Shown here: in pieces, positions 10,206-23,621 of the stretch | Layout: each line of letters begins with the position of its first letter | How positions within the stretch are numbered: position 1 is the stretch's first letter | Source: Malacoraja senta | Lineage: Eukaryota | Length of the DNA stretch: 64,000 bases | Direction: 5' to 3' | NCBI GenBank assembly: GCA_038087875.1 | Contig: CM075989.1 | Coordinates: forward strand, 24,120,001 to 24,184,000 | The notes under the pieces: generated by a model | Told to the model about the DNA's origin: nothing | Database searches by the model: none | What the model saw: the letters and a program-made list of their open reading frames with translations, nothing else | Program-made: the position numbers and the translations under genes

Positions 10206-13200
10206 TTCACCAACATAAATATCAGCTCACATTCTCCTTGAGCTTCATCCCCTTTGATGTCTCGCCTTACCCTCACATATATCCATCTCCATGTCTCCCT
10301 CTCCCCTGATGAAGAAGGGGTCTCGACCCGAAACCTCACCTATTCCTTCTCTCCAGAGATGCTGCCTGTCCCGCTGAGTTACTCTGACTTTTTGTGTCTA
10401 TCTTCAACTTAAGAAGCATCGTTTGCATGTTGCTTGCAGTTTGATCTGTTGGCATTGTCAGCCAGACAGTACACCGTTGTTAAAGGGCTTGAGTGGTGAC
10501 AGTGATAGGTTTCTGTTTGAAATGGAATCTGACACACGCTGACAGAGTTGGAGAATTTACTGTCCAGCCCTGTGGACATGATGCCAAGACCATGGGTGAT
10601 TTCACATTTCCTGCTGGAGCTTTCAGGCTTGTCAGAGTGCACATTAAATCTCCCCCATAAATCACATCCATACAAATGCTTGGGATACTTTGCATTGTTT
10701 GTTACTTGGCTGGAGGAGGGAAAGTGGTGTTTGAAAATTATCATTTGCACCTTTGATAGTGTTTTATATTTAATATTTCTGGCAAATGAACCAAACACAT
10801 GCAAGTTAAAATCCCTCCAAACCTGTCCTTTAGGAGGGAGAGAAAGTTCAGCCATGATTGAATGGCGGAGTAGACATAGCCTAATTCATCATTTATGACC
10901 TTATCCATTCTGCTAACAGTTATAAGAATTAGGAGCAGAGGCAGGTCTCTTGACTATCATGCTGCTCTGACATTTAATAACTTCATGACTGATCTGAATA
11001 CAATATAAAATCTGCATTTTGTTTAAGTGCAGAAACCTTTGAAACTCCTTGCTTTTCAAGTATCCATCTACTTTAAAATATTCAACAACCCTACTTTCTC
11101 TGTTTAAAAAAAAATTAAAAATCCCTAGTTCCAGATTCTGCCACAAGAGAAAACGGGCCCTAAATGGGTCATTTAGGACTGAGATGATGAAAAACTATTT
11201 AACCCAGAGAGTTGTGAATCTGTGGAATTCTCTGCCACAGAAGGCAGTGGAGGACAATTCACTGGATGTTTACAAGAGAGAATTAGATTTAGCTCTTGGG
11301 GCTAACGGAATCGAGGGATATGGGGAGAAAGCAGGAACGGGGTACTGATTTTGGATGATCAGCTGTGATCATATTGAATGGCGGTACAGGCTCGAAGGGC
11401 CGAATGGCCTACTCCTGCACCTATTTTCTATGTTTCTATATTTCTATGTCTCGACCCGAAACGTCACCTATTCCTTCTCTCCAGAGATGCTCCCTGTCCA
11501 GGTGAGTTAGTCTAGGATTTTGTCTATCTTCGGTTTAAACCACCATCTGCAGTTCCTTCCTGCACAAGAGAAAACACGTTCTCCACATTCATCTTGTCAA
11601 GATAACTCGGGGTCTGTTTCAATCAAGGTCTCACTTGCCCCAAGGGATCCAAGCCAATCCAGCCTAACCTTTCATCCTCGGACAACCTGCCCATTCCACT
11701 TACAAGTCTAGTAAACCATGTCCAATTCTTTCGTATGTAATAACATCCTTCCTTAAATAAGACCAATAGTGTATACAATTATTCCAGACGTTGTGTCGCC
11801 AAGATGCTATAAAATGGAAGCATACCCTCCAGTTTTTTGTATTAATTTCCTCTGATAATAGCAATAATATTAGGTCATAAGGAATAGAAGTAGAATTAGG
11901 CCATTCGGCCCATCAATACTCTGCCATTGAATCATGGCTGATGTATATCTCCCTTCTAACCCCATTCTCCTGCCTTCTCCCCATAACCCCTTTCACCCGT
12001 ACTAATCAAGAATCTATCTATCTCTGCCTTAAATATATCCACTGACTTGGCCTCCACAGCCTCCTGTGGCAGACAATTCCACAGATTCACCAACCTCTGA
12101 CTAAGTAATTTCTACTCGTCTCCTTGCTAAAAGAACATCCTTTAATTCTGAGGCAATGACCTCTGGTTCTAGACACTCCCACTAATGGAAACATCCTCTC
12201 CACCTCCACTCTATCCACGCCTTTCACTATTCTGTACATTTCAATGAGGTCCCCCCTCGTTCTTCTAAACTCCCATTCTAGCAGTCTAATTTGTACACAT
12301 AACCCTCTTGAGAACTGACCATGGTGGGGGAAAATGGTATCAGTAATGGAAAAACAGCCCAAAAGTACATGCTGAACATGGCACACAATAAACAGGAAAG
12401 GAAAACACAGACTGAGACTGAATTTACTCCAACCACCTGAAGGTGTCAGGTATTGTGGGGCAAAGGCGGGAGAATGGGGTTGAGAGGGAAAGATAGATCA
12501 GCCACGATTGAATGGCAGAGTAGACTTGATGGGCTGAATGGCCTTATTCTGATCCTCGAGTATGAACTTATGAACTAATGATCATGTCGTGAAAAAAAAA
12601 TACTCGGTCCTCAAACCCGATACAAACAGACGCCTCGTTTACAACGGGTCTCATCTGCCAAAATCTGTTATAAAGAGGCAGCATGGTGGCACAGCGGTAC
12701 ACTTGCTGCCTCACAGCACCAGAGACCCGGGTTCAATCCTGACTAAGGGTGCTGTCTGTGCGGAGTTTGTTCGTTCTCTCCGTGACCTGCGTGGGTTTTC
12801 TCTGGGTGATCGCTGGTCGGCATTGACTCGGTGAGCCGAAGGGCTGTTTCTATGCTGTGTCTAAAGGTCCATAATAATGAAGATCGACTGAACATTAGTA
12901 AAGAGTACATGAGGACAGATAGAACTCTCACCATTTAGATGACTTGCTATTTTATTATTTACTGCCAAAATGGATAATTTAGCCTTTTTCCAACATTATA
13001 ATCTATTTACCAGATCCGTAATCTTTCAATGTATTTCTATCCCCTTGTGTCTCGTGTTTTCCCCTCAACTTTTCTGCATATCTTGTGTTACCAGCAAATT
13101 TTGTGACTGCACCTCTGCTCCATTTATCAAAGGTACATTAATTTTAATGTTGTGTACATTGGTTACATCTCCTCAATGTGAACAAGATTAATTTATGCCT

Positions 13201-14438
13201 ACTCTGTTTCCTGTTAACTAACTTTTTTTGGGGGAAAAAAAACCTTTAAAAAATGCCTTCAGCAATCTGTAAAAATGATATTTATGAATGTTCTGTCATT
13301 TGTGACGTTAATGGTCCTTTAGAAAATGTGAGACCAGGGAGATATGGCCCCTCCTTAACAAATTTTCCGATCAGTTGCTATTCTCCAAGTGTTTTGTCAC
13401 TTTTACCCTAATCCAGTAACTTTCCTCGGAGTTCATGTGGAGGTTTTTCAAGGCGGAGAAGTTAATCTTGAGCATTATTTCAGTTTGGCATGGACAGTTT
13501 TTCCAGGAGGCCTGACTTCAGAAGGCAACTTCAGTAAGATATATTTGCTGAATGATTAACGTATTGAGTGGTACTCCTGAGTAGGGTCATGTACAAAAAG
13601 GAATCACTTGCCATGACAGATGATGGATCACACGGGTCATGGAAAATATAATCTGTGGATAGTCATCAAAAGTGGAGCTGATTTGTTAATTCCACAACAA
13701 TCATTTGGTGGTGATAGTGATTGAGTTTTTAAAAATATTTTGTTTAGTTTAGAGATACAGCGTGGAAACAGGCCCTTTGGCCCACCGGGTCCGTGCCGAC
13801 CAGCGATCCCGCACATTAACACTATCATACACACACAAGGGACAATTTAGAATATTTACCAAAGCCAATTAACCTACATGCTTGGAGTGTTGGTGGAAAC
13901 AGGAGCACCCGGAGAAAACCCACGTGGTCACAGGGAGAATGTACAAACTCCATACAGACCGCAATGTAAGATGCACTTTTTTTATTGTGTGGAAATGACT
14001 GTTTTTGCTGGAAGCTGATGCTGTAGTTTCTGTTTCCTCCATTCTTCAGCGGGTAGAATCACTGCCTCACGGCACCAGAGACCGGGTTCGATGCTGACCT
14101 CGGATGCTGCCTGTGTGGAGTTTGCACGTTCCTACATGAATTTCATCCGTGTTTCCTCTGGTTACCTCCCACAGCCCAAAGTCGTGCAAGTTTGTTGATT
14201 AATTGGCCTCTGTAAAATTGCCCCTAGTGTGCAGAAAGTAGGATAACTTGGCATCAGTGTGAATGATGGTTGGTGTGGACTCGGTGGGCTGAAAGGTCCA
14301 TTTCCATGCTGGAAACTTTCAAGCATCAAACTTTCACAAACCATTCAATCAATATTGATTTCTTCAATTAGAAGATAGAAACAAAATGCTGGAATAACTC
14401 AGCGGGTTGGGCAGCATCTCTGGAGAACATGGATAGGT

Positions 14439-14466
14439 GACGTTTCGGGTTAGAACCCTTCTTCAG
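14439..14466 (-). ncRNA. Minimal hammerhead ribozyme motif in a PLE repeat
   Basis: Minus strand CUGAAGA-A-GGGU-UCUA-ACCC-GAAA-CG-UC; core nucleotides intact. Confidence 0.55.
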
Positions 14467-17083
14467 ATTTACCCAATATCAATACCTATTTAGAAAATAA
14501 TAAATTAATATGAGAGTTAACCATGCTTTGGAAAATTTGTAGGAAGGAACTGCAGGTGCTGGTTTAAAGCGTAGATAGACACAAAGCTGGAGTAACTCAA
14601 CGGGACAGGCAGCATCTCTGGAGAGAAGGAATAAGTGATGTTTTGGGTCGAGAACCTTCTTCAGACAATTTCTTCAATCTTTTGTTTTTGAAGCAAATAG
14701 ATTTTTAATACTGTACGATCGTCTGTTACTCAGAGTCCCAGTCCCCTCCCCACCCCCGGCTCACTGGTTGATGCACTGTGGCTGATGGACAACCTGTAAT
14801 ACATTAGAGGGGGGATAGTCTTTCTCGTCTGTACCCCATTGAATTACACAACTGCAGCTCTGCAGTGCGTCAACCTACACTGTGTCTGAACACATGTCAA
14901 CTTCAGGTACAACGTGCATCTAATTGCCTTAGCAGAAGCAAACATGATTTGCATTTGATCTGTGATCTGACGTATAATAATCTCTCTTGAGATGTATGTT
15001 GTTGGAGTGCTCACTCATTGATCAACGTCAATCATTTTCTGAGTGTTTTCACCATCCACGCCATCAGATGTGCGTTTGGGAAATGGTAGACTGCTTGGAA
15101 TCAATTCAGCAAAACCACACAGTACTGGAGTAACTCAGCATGTCAGGCAGCATTACTGCAACATACAGACAGACAATGTTGCTGGTCGGGACCCTTCCTC
15201 TGACTCTAATTTCTTCAATGTCTGAAGAAGGGTCCCAACCCAAAACCTCACCTATGCCTGTCCTCCAGAGATGTTCCCTGACCTGCTGAGTTACTCCAGC
15301 ACTTTGCATGTTTTTGTTTTGTAAACCAGCCTCTGCAGTTCCTTGTATCTGCACCTTGGTGTAGATTTGGACGGTTGTTTTAAATACCATCGCTTGGAAT
15401 TAGCAGTTTCACACCGGTCTTCCATTATAAATATAATGAACAGAGTTATTTAAGGAATACTTTATTTGTGTGTTTAAGTTGCCGAAAAGTGGGATCCCTG
15501 CCATATTAGTCATAGAGTGATACAGTGTGGAAACAGGCCCTTCGGCCCAACTCGCCCACACCGGCCAACATGTCCCAGCTACACTAGTCCCACCTGCTTG
15601 CGTTTAGCCCATATCCCTCCATACCTGTCCTATCCATGCACCTGTGGAACTGTTTCTTAAACATTGGGATAATCCCTCTGGCTGCTTGTTCCATACACAC
15701 ACCGCCCTTTGTGAATAAGTTACCCCTCGGATTCCTATGAACTTGGTGGGCTGAAAGACCTGTTTCCACACTGTATCTCTAAACTAAATGAAATTGGCAG
15801 GCTGTTGCCATACCCCAGTAGTAGGCCTGGTTGGTCCACCACAGATCCAGGAGTGGGAGGGACATTCCCACAGACCGGGAACCAGAGAGGAGGGTGGAGG
15901 GAGTCTGACACTGGACACCCTCCACTTGCCTTCTGTGCACCAAGGTCGGCAGCAGGAGGAGAGCGTGGTTCAAGTAGGAAATGCTGCTGTTGGAGTCAAG
16001 GTTTAAGAGAGTGGAGCGATTGTAATGGGTAATTGCAGTTGCACTTGTCTGCCCAGCACACAGATAGTCAGATGGGTTGGTGCCGCCTCGGCTTGGCCAA
16101 GACTGTCACAGAAATCTGCAGTGCAGACGTTTGGATCGAATGTTAGCACCGAGTCAATGACGTGCACTTTGCTGATATCATTGTGCACATGATATGGGAT
16201 GGAATAAGGAAATGTGTAAAAGTTAAGTTGCATCAGGCAATATCCGGTCCAGTTCTTCAACGGGCAGGATTTCAATAGGAAATGGATACAAAATGATTTG
16301 TGCATAAAACTCATGTGTGAATGGATCCAATTTCGAGGTGGGTATGTGAGGGAAAGCTAACTCACTTTATCAATCAGGTAATGGAGTTGACACCGTTGCC
16401 AGAAATTGAATTCAGACGTTCTTTAGATGCAGTTCTGATGCCTAAGTATCTCCCTCTAAAATTGGTCAAAGATATCTTCAAATAAGCTACTTGTGTTGTC
16501 TGCACCTGGAATAGGACATGTGCTGTTTTACAAGGGTGGTCACACAGGCACCTGCACTCACACACACGCGCTCTCTCGCTCTTGCATGAAGAAGGGTCTC
16601 GACCTGAAACGTCACCCATTCCTTCTCTCCAGAGATGCTGCCTGTCCCGCTGAGTTACTGCAGCTTGTTGCGTCTACCTTGCGTTGCATGAATACAGGTG
16701 ATGCACCACCCAGTGGATTTAGTTGAGCCAATGAACAATGGATGGTGTTTGAGCAGCCCAGCCAGATGCCCTGCATTGACTCTGCTTGAATCTGGAATGA
16801 TAGGGTGGCTCAATTACAATAGACTAAACCAAACTACAGGGCAAACACTGTTGCACAAATGTGTTCAGACCTGTGCTGATATCATTGACCAGTCAAATGG
16901 TGTGTACTTTATATTCCTTTAGAATATTGATACTGTTCTGATTTCTATTTGAAAATAGTTTTGAGTTTTTAGCAACAAACTGAAAATGAGTCCAGAAAGC
17001 AAGCCTGGTTAATCCGATTGTACACAAAAATGCTGGAGAAACTCAGCGGGTGCAGCAGCATCTATGGAGCGAAGGAAATAGGT

Positions 17084-17111
17084 AACGTTTCGGGCCGAAA
17101 CCCTTCTTCAG
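17084..17111 (-). ncRNA. Minimal hammerhead ribozyme motif in a PLE repeat (UUCG-loop variant)
   Basis: Minus strand CUGAAGA-A-GGGU-UUCG-GCCC-GAAA-CG-UU; core intact. Confidence 0.55.
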
Positions 17112-17690
17112 ACTCTTGTTTGAATGAATGAGTTGTATTAGTATACTGCAGCATTTGTTTTTTTAAATCTGATTATTTCAGAAGTTAATCTTTCTGAAGA
17201 CTTGTACAGCTCGCCCATGCATCTTAATAACATCAAATTACTTCCTGTTGACCCGACTCATTTCTTGGGGTTTTGGATCACTGTGTACAAAATGTCAAAC
17301 CCACTCTTATCAATGAGGCTAATGATTGTTCCCAAATTGTCACGTGTACGGGCCAAGAGTCATCAGGTGTGAAGTTGCAGTGAAGCGTTGAGTTCCGTGC
17401 TGACAGTGCTCCTTGCTGAAGTTGATTAATATTCTGCACGTTGCCGGTTTTGTTTTTAAAGTCAAGTGTCTGTCAGGAAAAGTAACAAAATAATTAGTGG
17501 GTTTCAGTTCAAGCTAGAGCTTTGCAATGTTTTCAACTAATATTTAATCCGATCCTAAGATAGACAAAAAAAATGCTGGAGTAGACAGCATCTCTGGATT
17601 AAAGGAATGGGTGATGTTTAGGGTCAAGACCCTACTCTCCACCCGAAATGTCACCCATTCCTTCTTTCGAGAGATGCTGCCTGTCCCACT

Positions 17691-17838
17691 GAGTTACTCC
17701 AGCACTCTGTGAAACGTCGCCTATCCATGTTCTCCACAGATGCTGCCTGACCCGCTGAGTTACTCCAGCACTCTGTGAAACGTCACCTATCCATGTTCTC
17801 CACAGATGCTGCCTGTCCCGCTGAGTTGCTCCAGCACA
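17691..17838 (+). repeat. 66-bp tandem repeat derived from the PLE terminal repeat (~2.2 units)
   Basis: gagtt starts at 17691, 17757, 17823; junction cagcactctgtgaaacgtc. Confidence 0.85.
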
Positions 17839-18307
17839 GTTACTACTCTACGCAAGATTCCAGCTGCTGCAATTCCTTGCGGCTCCATAAAATTATTTAT
17901 CAAATGTGTCTGACATGTTATTTTGATAGTGTACAATTAATGGGACTCCAAGTCCAAAATCCATTTTTGCGACCATTCATCCACTTGATTGCCTATTTAC
18001 CAGGAATTATCTTTGTCTTTTGATCTCCATTTCTGAAACATCTCGGCATACATTTGTATTTGCACATTGTCTTCTCCCTAACTGGATCGCACGCAACAAA
18101 AAGCTTTTCACTGTACTTCGGTACACGTGATAATAAACTAAATGAAGCTAGGAGCTATGACCTGTGTGGGTTGCGTGAAGGACTTGGGGCATTTTTGTAC
18201 TAATGTAGGCATTTATAGTTCATTGAAATTTTCTTTGCTTCTTATGTATGTCTGAGTGTGTTTACGGAACTGTCTGTAATGCTGATGCAAGTAAGAAATT
18301 TATTGTT

Positions 18308-18488
18308 AAAGAAGGAACTGCAGATGCTGGAAAATCGAAGGTACACAAAAATGCTGGAGAAACTCAGCGGGTGCAGCAGCATCTATGCAGCGTCTGAAGA
18401 AGGGTTTCGGCCCGAAACTTTACCTATTTCCTTCGCTCCATAGATGCTGCTGCACCCGCTGAGTTTCTCCAGCATTTTTGTGTACCCA
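18308..18488. mobile_element. Fold-back (inverted) PLE terminal-repeat pair
   Basis: ggtacacaaaaatgctggagaaactcagcgggtgcagcagcatctatg pairs with catagatgctgctgcacccgctgagtttctccagcatttttgtgtacc; hammerhead-like core at 18394-18420 between the arms. Similar pairs at 15120-15350 and 21990-22180. Confidence 0.75.
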
Positions 18489-19952
18489 AGAAATTTATTG
18501 TTCTGTTTTCAGTACTTAGTTTATTGTCATGTGTACTGGGATACAGTGAACAGGTTTTGTTGTGTGCTAACTAGTCAGCAGAAAGACAATACATGATTAC
18601 AATCGAGCCGCTTACAGTGTATTGATACATGATAAGGGAATAACGTTTAGTGCAAGGTAAAGCCAGCAAAGACCGATCGAGGATAGTCTGAGGGTCACCA
18701 ATGAAGTTGATAGTAGTACATGCGACAACTAAACCCACTTGATACTTTTGCGTTGATCACTTTTATCTATCATATTTTTTATCATTTAATGTTTTTATGT
18801 CTCAATTTAAGCAACTATAGACCTCAGATATAAAATAGAACATTTTAATAGCAATGCACATGACGATTTCACTAGAAGAATATTGCAAGGCAGAAGTATT
18901 TTTTTCTCTGTGGAAAGACACAGATTTATTTGTTTTGTCTTGGACCAGATGTACCGACTGTCACAAACTACTGCATCAAACAGAAGCTGTTGGGTTGTAT
19001 TCTAGTCATGTTCAGTGCTCTTGGGCAGTCGGCCCACCGATTCCGCACTGACCAGCGATCCCCGCACACTAACACTATCCTCCACGCACTGGGGACAATT
19101 TACATTTATACCAAGCCTGCACGTCTTTGTAGGAAACCAAAGATCTTGTAGAAAACCCACGCAGGGAGAACGTACAAACTGCGTACAGACAGCAGCCGTA
19201 GTCAGGATTGAACCTTGGTCTCTGGTGCTGTAAGGCAGTAGCTCTACCACTATGCCAACGAGCCGCTGAGACATGTAGCAAGACCTGCTTGCTTATTAGT
19301 GGTCAGTTAAATGGGTCAGCAGCAACTTGAAAGAATGTGTGGGTATCCTCGCTATTCTGAAGTGCGTCTAAGTTTTAGGTATTGCTCAAGGTTTCTACAT
19401 TACGCTGCCTGTTTTCATCCATGGCTTTGTTGTGGTTTTGCGGTGCTCTGACCTCAGAAGAGAACATACCACATCTGTAACTAATTTATTTAACAGCATG
19501 TATCTTTTGTGGCTTCAGATCCCACTGTGGAAATCAGAGAAATAAATTTATAGCTCATGTTGTCTTTGAACATTAACTTCTTTTAAGCCATTAACGTTTT
19601 ACCCTAGATTAGGTCCTCTGAATGTCAGGTGTGTAGGGTGGGCCTATCTGAAACAAAGCAGAGGAAAGAATCAGTGTTTATACAAACAATACAGCACAGG
19701 AACAGGCCCTTCAGCCCACAATGTCTGTGCCAAAACTAATGTCCTTTGTTTGTATGTGACCGATATCTCTCCATTCCTTGCATCTCCATGTGCCCATCTG
19801 AAAGCCTCTTAAACACCACTACCATATCTGCAAACGGACAAAATTAAACAATACGATACGATAGAACTTTATTTATCCCAGGAGGGAAATTGATCTGCCA
19901 ACAGTCATAGAAACACAAAATACATGAAACATGTAATTAAAGTGATGAGTGG

Positions 19953-20160
19953 AACTCCATACAGACAGCACCCATAGTCAGGATCTGTGGATTGTGGGAG
20001 GAAACCGGAGCACCCGGAGAAAACCCACGGGGAGAACGTAAAAACTCCATACAGACAGCACCCATAGTCAGGATCTGTGGATTGTGGGAGGAAACCGGAG
20101 CACCCGGAGAAAACCCACGGGGAGAACGTAAAAACTCCATACAGACAGCACCCATAGTCA
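19953..20160 (-). repeat. Perfect 90-bp tandem duplication of HE1 SINE sequence (~2.3 units)
   Basis: aactccatacagacagcacccatagtca starts at 19953, 20043 and 20133. Confidence 0.9.
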
Positions 20161-20194
20161 TGATCTGGCCGTATCAGGGAGCAGCTGTACCACT

Positions 20195-20462
20195 GGGTCC
20201 ACGTCGACCAGCGAGATCCGTACACTAGCACTATCCTACGCGTTGGGGACAATTTACAATTTTTACTGAAGCCAAATTAACCTACAAACCTGCACATCTT
20301 TGGAGTGTGGGAGGAAACCGGAGCACCCGGAGATAACCCACGGGGAAAACTGTCACGGGGAGAACGTAAAAACTCCGTACAGACAGCACCCGTAGTCAGG
20401 ATAGAACCCGGGTCTCTGGCTCTGTGAGACAGCAACTCTACCGCTGCGCCACCGTGCCGCCC
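20195..20462 (-). mobile_element. HE1-like V-SINE
   Basis: Intact tRNA-like head gggcggcacggtggcgcagcggtagag on the minus strand. Confidence 0.85.
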
Positions 20463-21404
20463 AGTTTTTGATGTTAATTGTAGTTCATTATGTTAGCCTG
20501 ATTGCAAAGAAAATGACCCATCGGCAGAGTTAATGATATCAATGCAGGTATTTGTGAGACTTGTCTGTTTATTTACAATTAAATGTGAGTGGATTAAGCA
20601 GAAAGCTCAAATCTCAATTCCAGCTGAACCAAAACGTATGTAGAATATATGGAAGAATAAAGACATTTTAGGATGATAATTTCTAGATGTTGAATAAGGT
20701 TTGTCTGTTAATTGTTCTTCTGTAAATTGCCCCAAGTGTGTAGGGAGGTTGGAAGTGGGATAATATAAAACTCCTGTGAATGGGTGATCGATGGTCGGTG
20801 TGAACTTGGTGGGCTGAATGATCTGTTTCAATTCCTCATGCCTTAACTAAAAGTGAAGCATTTCTCAGACGGACGTCTCTGGTCATTGTTAATCTGGCAA
20901 AGTTACATATATTTCCCAAACCCTAGTCACATGAAACTCCAGGAGTTTAATTAGTTAACTTTGACTCATTTGTCAAAAGGTTTGAGTTACTATTGAAGTA
21001 TCAGTTACTAATCTGATTGTAACATAACCAAACTGTATGGTCATTATTAAACCAGGGCATTGATTCAGTAACAGGATTTAATTGTGAAACATACACAAAG
21101 CCTTTGGCAGTCACACAAGGATATGCGAGTGATGTTTTTACTCCCTTTGCAATAATGTACTTGCCCACTTCCATCATAATTAAACTGAGTGGGAACGGGA
21201 GTTAAATTACCTTGTATGTTATAGTTCAGAAAGCAATCTGTTATTCCAGTGTTTTAATTTTTCTTTATTAAGACTATTTTACCATTTTATTCTGAATTCC
21301 TCCTCGTTTTTTTTCGCATTCTTTCCTGATTTTTGTTTCTCATTGTTTCTCTGCAGGGATTTAATAGCCACGCTAATTCCTTATTTCAATCTTGTTCTGA
21401 CGGT

Positions 21405-21880
21405 GTTCAGTTCAATTTAGTTTATTGTCACGTGTACCGACACAGTGAAAAGCTTTTGTTGCGTGCTATCCAGTCAGCAGAAAGACAATACATGATTACA
21501 ATCGAGCCATTTACAGTGTATAGATGCATGATAAGGGAATAATGGTTAGTGCAAGGTAAAGCCAGCAAAGTCCGATCATGGATAGTCCAAGGATCATCAA
21601 AAAGGTAGATAGTAGTTCAGCACTGCTCTCTGGTTGTGGTAGGATGATTCAGTTGCCTGATAACAGCTGGGAAGAAACTGTCCCTGAATCTGGAGGTGTT
21701 CATTTTCGCACTTATGTACCTCTTGCCTGATGGGAGAGGGGAGAAGAGGGAGTGGCCAGGGTGCGACATCCTTGGTTATGGTGCTGGCCTTGCCGAGGCA
21801 GCGTGAAGTGTAGATGGAGTCAATAGAAGGGAAGTTGGTTAGTGTGATGGTCAGGGCTGCATCTACAAGTGGCAGCAGTT
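21405..21880 (-). mobile_element. Rex1/Babar LINE 3' end
   Basis: UTR ending cacgtgacaataaactaaa plus ORF end. Other pieces at 18515-18720, 22270-22520, 25565-26110, 41710-41835, 56065-56230. Confidence 0.75.
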
Positions 21881-23065
21881 TCTTGGTCTATTCCACTCAA
21901 CATTGTAGAACTGCAGCACATTGCTGGAATCAACACAAGGAAAGCTCTTTCGGATATGTTGCTACCCATCTCTGTGTTGTCCTTCAGGCTAGACTCAAAC
22001 TGCTGGAGTAACTCAGCGGGTCAGGCAGCATCTCTGGAGAGAAGGAATGGGCGACGTTTCGGGTCGAGACCCTTCTTCAAACCTTCAGTCTGAAAAAGGG
22101 TCTCGACCCAAAACGTCACCTATTCCTTCGCTCCATAGATGCTGCCTCACCTGCTGAGTTTCTCAAGCATTTTGTCTACCTTTAACTTGGTCATTGTCTT
22201 TTGTATTATACGTGCTCTGTCTGGACAGTTGTCCAACACCTGTTCCCTGCGGCGAGCAGAATATAAACCGTACAGAAGTGTGAAAATACACACACCACTG
22301 GACCAGTCCTCTCACCAACTAGAGAAGGGTCCGGACCTCCAACCTATGTCATTGGAGACCTTTAATCTATCTGTAATCTGACTTTACTGGACTTTATCCT
22401 GCACTAAACGTTATTCCCTTTGTCCTGCATCTGTACACTGTGGACGGCTTGATTGTAATCATGTTTGGTCATTTCACTGACTGGACGGCAAGCAACAAAA
22501 AAGCTTTTCCCTGTACCTAGCTAATTAGCTGTAGAGGTTAGAGTTCTAGTGATACAGCAGTAGAGTTGGTGCCTTACAGTCCCGGGTTTGTTCCTGACTA
22601 CGGGTGCTGTCTGTACGGTATGTGTACGTTCTGCCCGTGATTGCGTGGGTTTTCTCCGAGTGTTCCAGTTTCCTCCCACACACAAGACGTGTGGTTTTGA
22701 GGGTTACTTGGCTTTGATTAAATGGTTCCTAGTGTGTAGGATAGAACTAGGGTATGGGAGTGATCATTGGTTGGCCTGGACTCGGTGGGACGAATGGCCT
22801 GTTTCCGCGCTGTATCTCTAAAGTCTAAAGTAAAGAGACAGAGGCTCTGCTAATGATAGACAACCGTCTAAGAGTTAGAATGGTCCACGGACTTTGAAAT
22901 TGTTGAACGAGAAGATGAAGCTGATCCACGCGGCAGTCATCTCCAGCTCCACAACATACTCCTGCTTTGTATCTCAAACCAGAAACCTGGTAAAAAACAA
23001 GAGAATGAAGAAAGTTCTAAAAGAAGTTGGAATAATAGGAAAAGTGCAGAAATAGTGAATAACGA

Positions 23066-23385
23066 GGGCAGCACGGTGGCGCAGTGGTAGATTTGCTGCC
23101 TTACAGCGCTTTCCGTGCCTGAGACCCGGGTTCGATCCCGACTACAGGTGCTGTCAGTACGGAGTCTGTATGTTCTCCCCGTGACCTACCTGGGTTTTCG
23201 CCGAGATCTTTAGTTTCCTCCCACACTCCAAAGACGTACAGGTTTGTAGGTTCATTGGCTTGTTATAAGTGTAACTTGTCCCTAGTGGGTGTAGGGTAGT
23301 GTTAGTGTGCGGGGATTGCTGCTCAGTGCGGACTCGGTGGGATGAAGGGCCTGTTTCCGCGCTGTATCTCTAAACTAAAGTAAAG
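23066..23385 (+). mobile_element. Full-length HE1-like V-SINE (representative of ~30 copies)
   Basis: A box TGGCGCAGTGG 23077-23087, B box GGTTCGATCCC 23129-23139, V-domain, LINE-derived tail gaagggcctgtttccgcgctgtatctctaaactaaa. Further copies near 12676, 13742, 14048, 19015, 22553, 25740, 26701, 28120, 28520, 33375, 34900, 41975, 43083, 44000, 47935, 50565, 52900, 57722. Confidence 0.9.
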
Positions 23386-23621
23386 AAGGTGACTGGGAGT
23401 GTGTTGTGATTGAGAGGTTTTGTTGGCTGCATGAGTCACAAGGGTAGTACTTGAAAAATAATTTTGTAATATTTATCAGAGATCTGTAATTCTGTGACCA
23501 CTTACATTTTTTCACTACTGATCTTAGTATAAGATAGTCGGTGTTGTGATAAAGTCAAACTTGGGAAATATTTACATGTATATAATATTGCATTAATTGC
23601 TGTCTTTCCTGTTGGAGCATC

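Noticed and set aside
15790..16010. GC-rich segment possibly from a decayed Tx1-type LINE
   Set aside because: Similarity too weak to call by eye.
21357..21402. Strong splice acceptor (long pyrimidine tract, ctgcag at 21351-21356)
   Set aside because: Following frame GFNSHANSLFQSCSD does not resemble ADAMTSL3, has no good donor and runs into a Rex fragment; cryptic use cannot be excluded.
23066..23145. tRNA gene
   Set aside because: A and B boxes are the head of a SINE that continues into V-domain and LINE tail; no cloverleaf or poly-T terminator.
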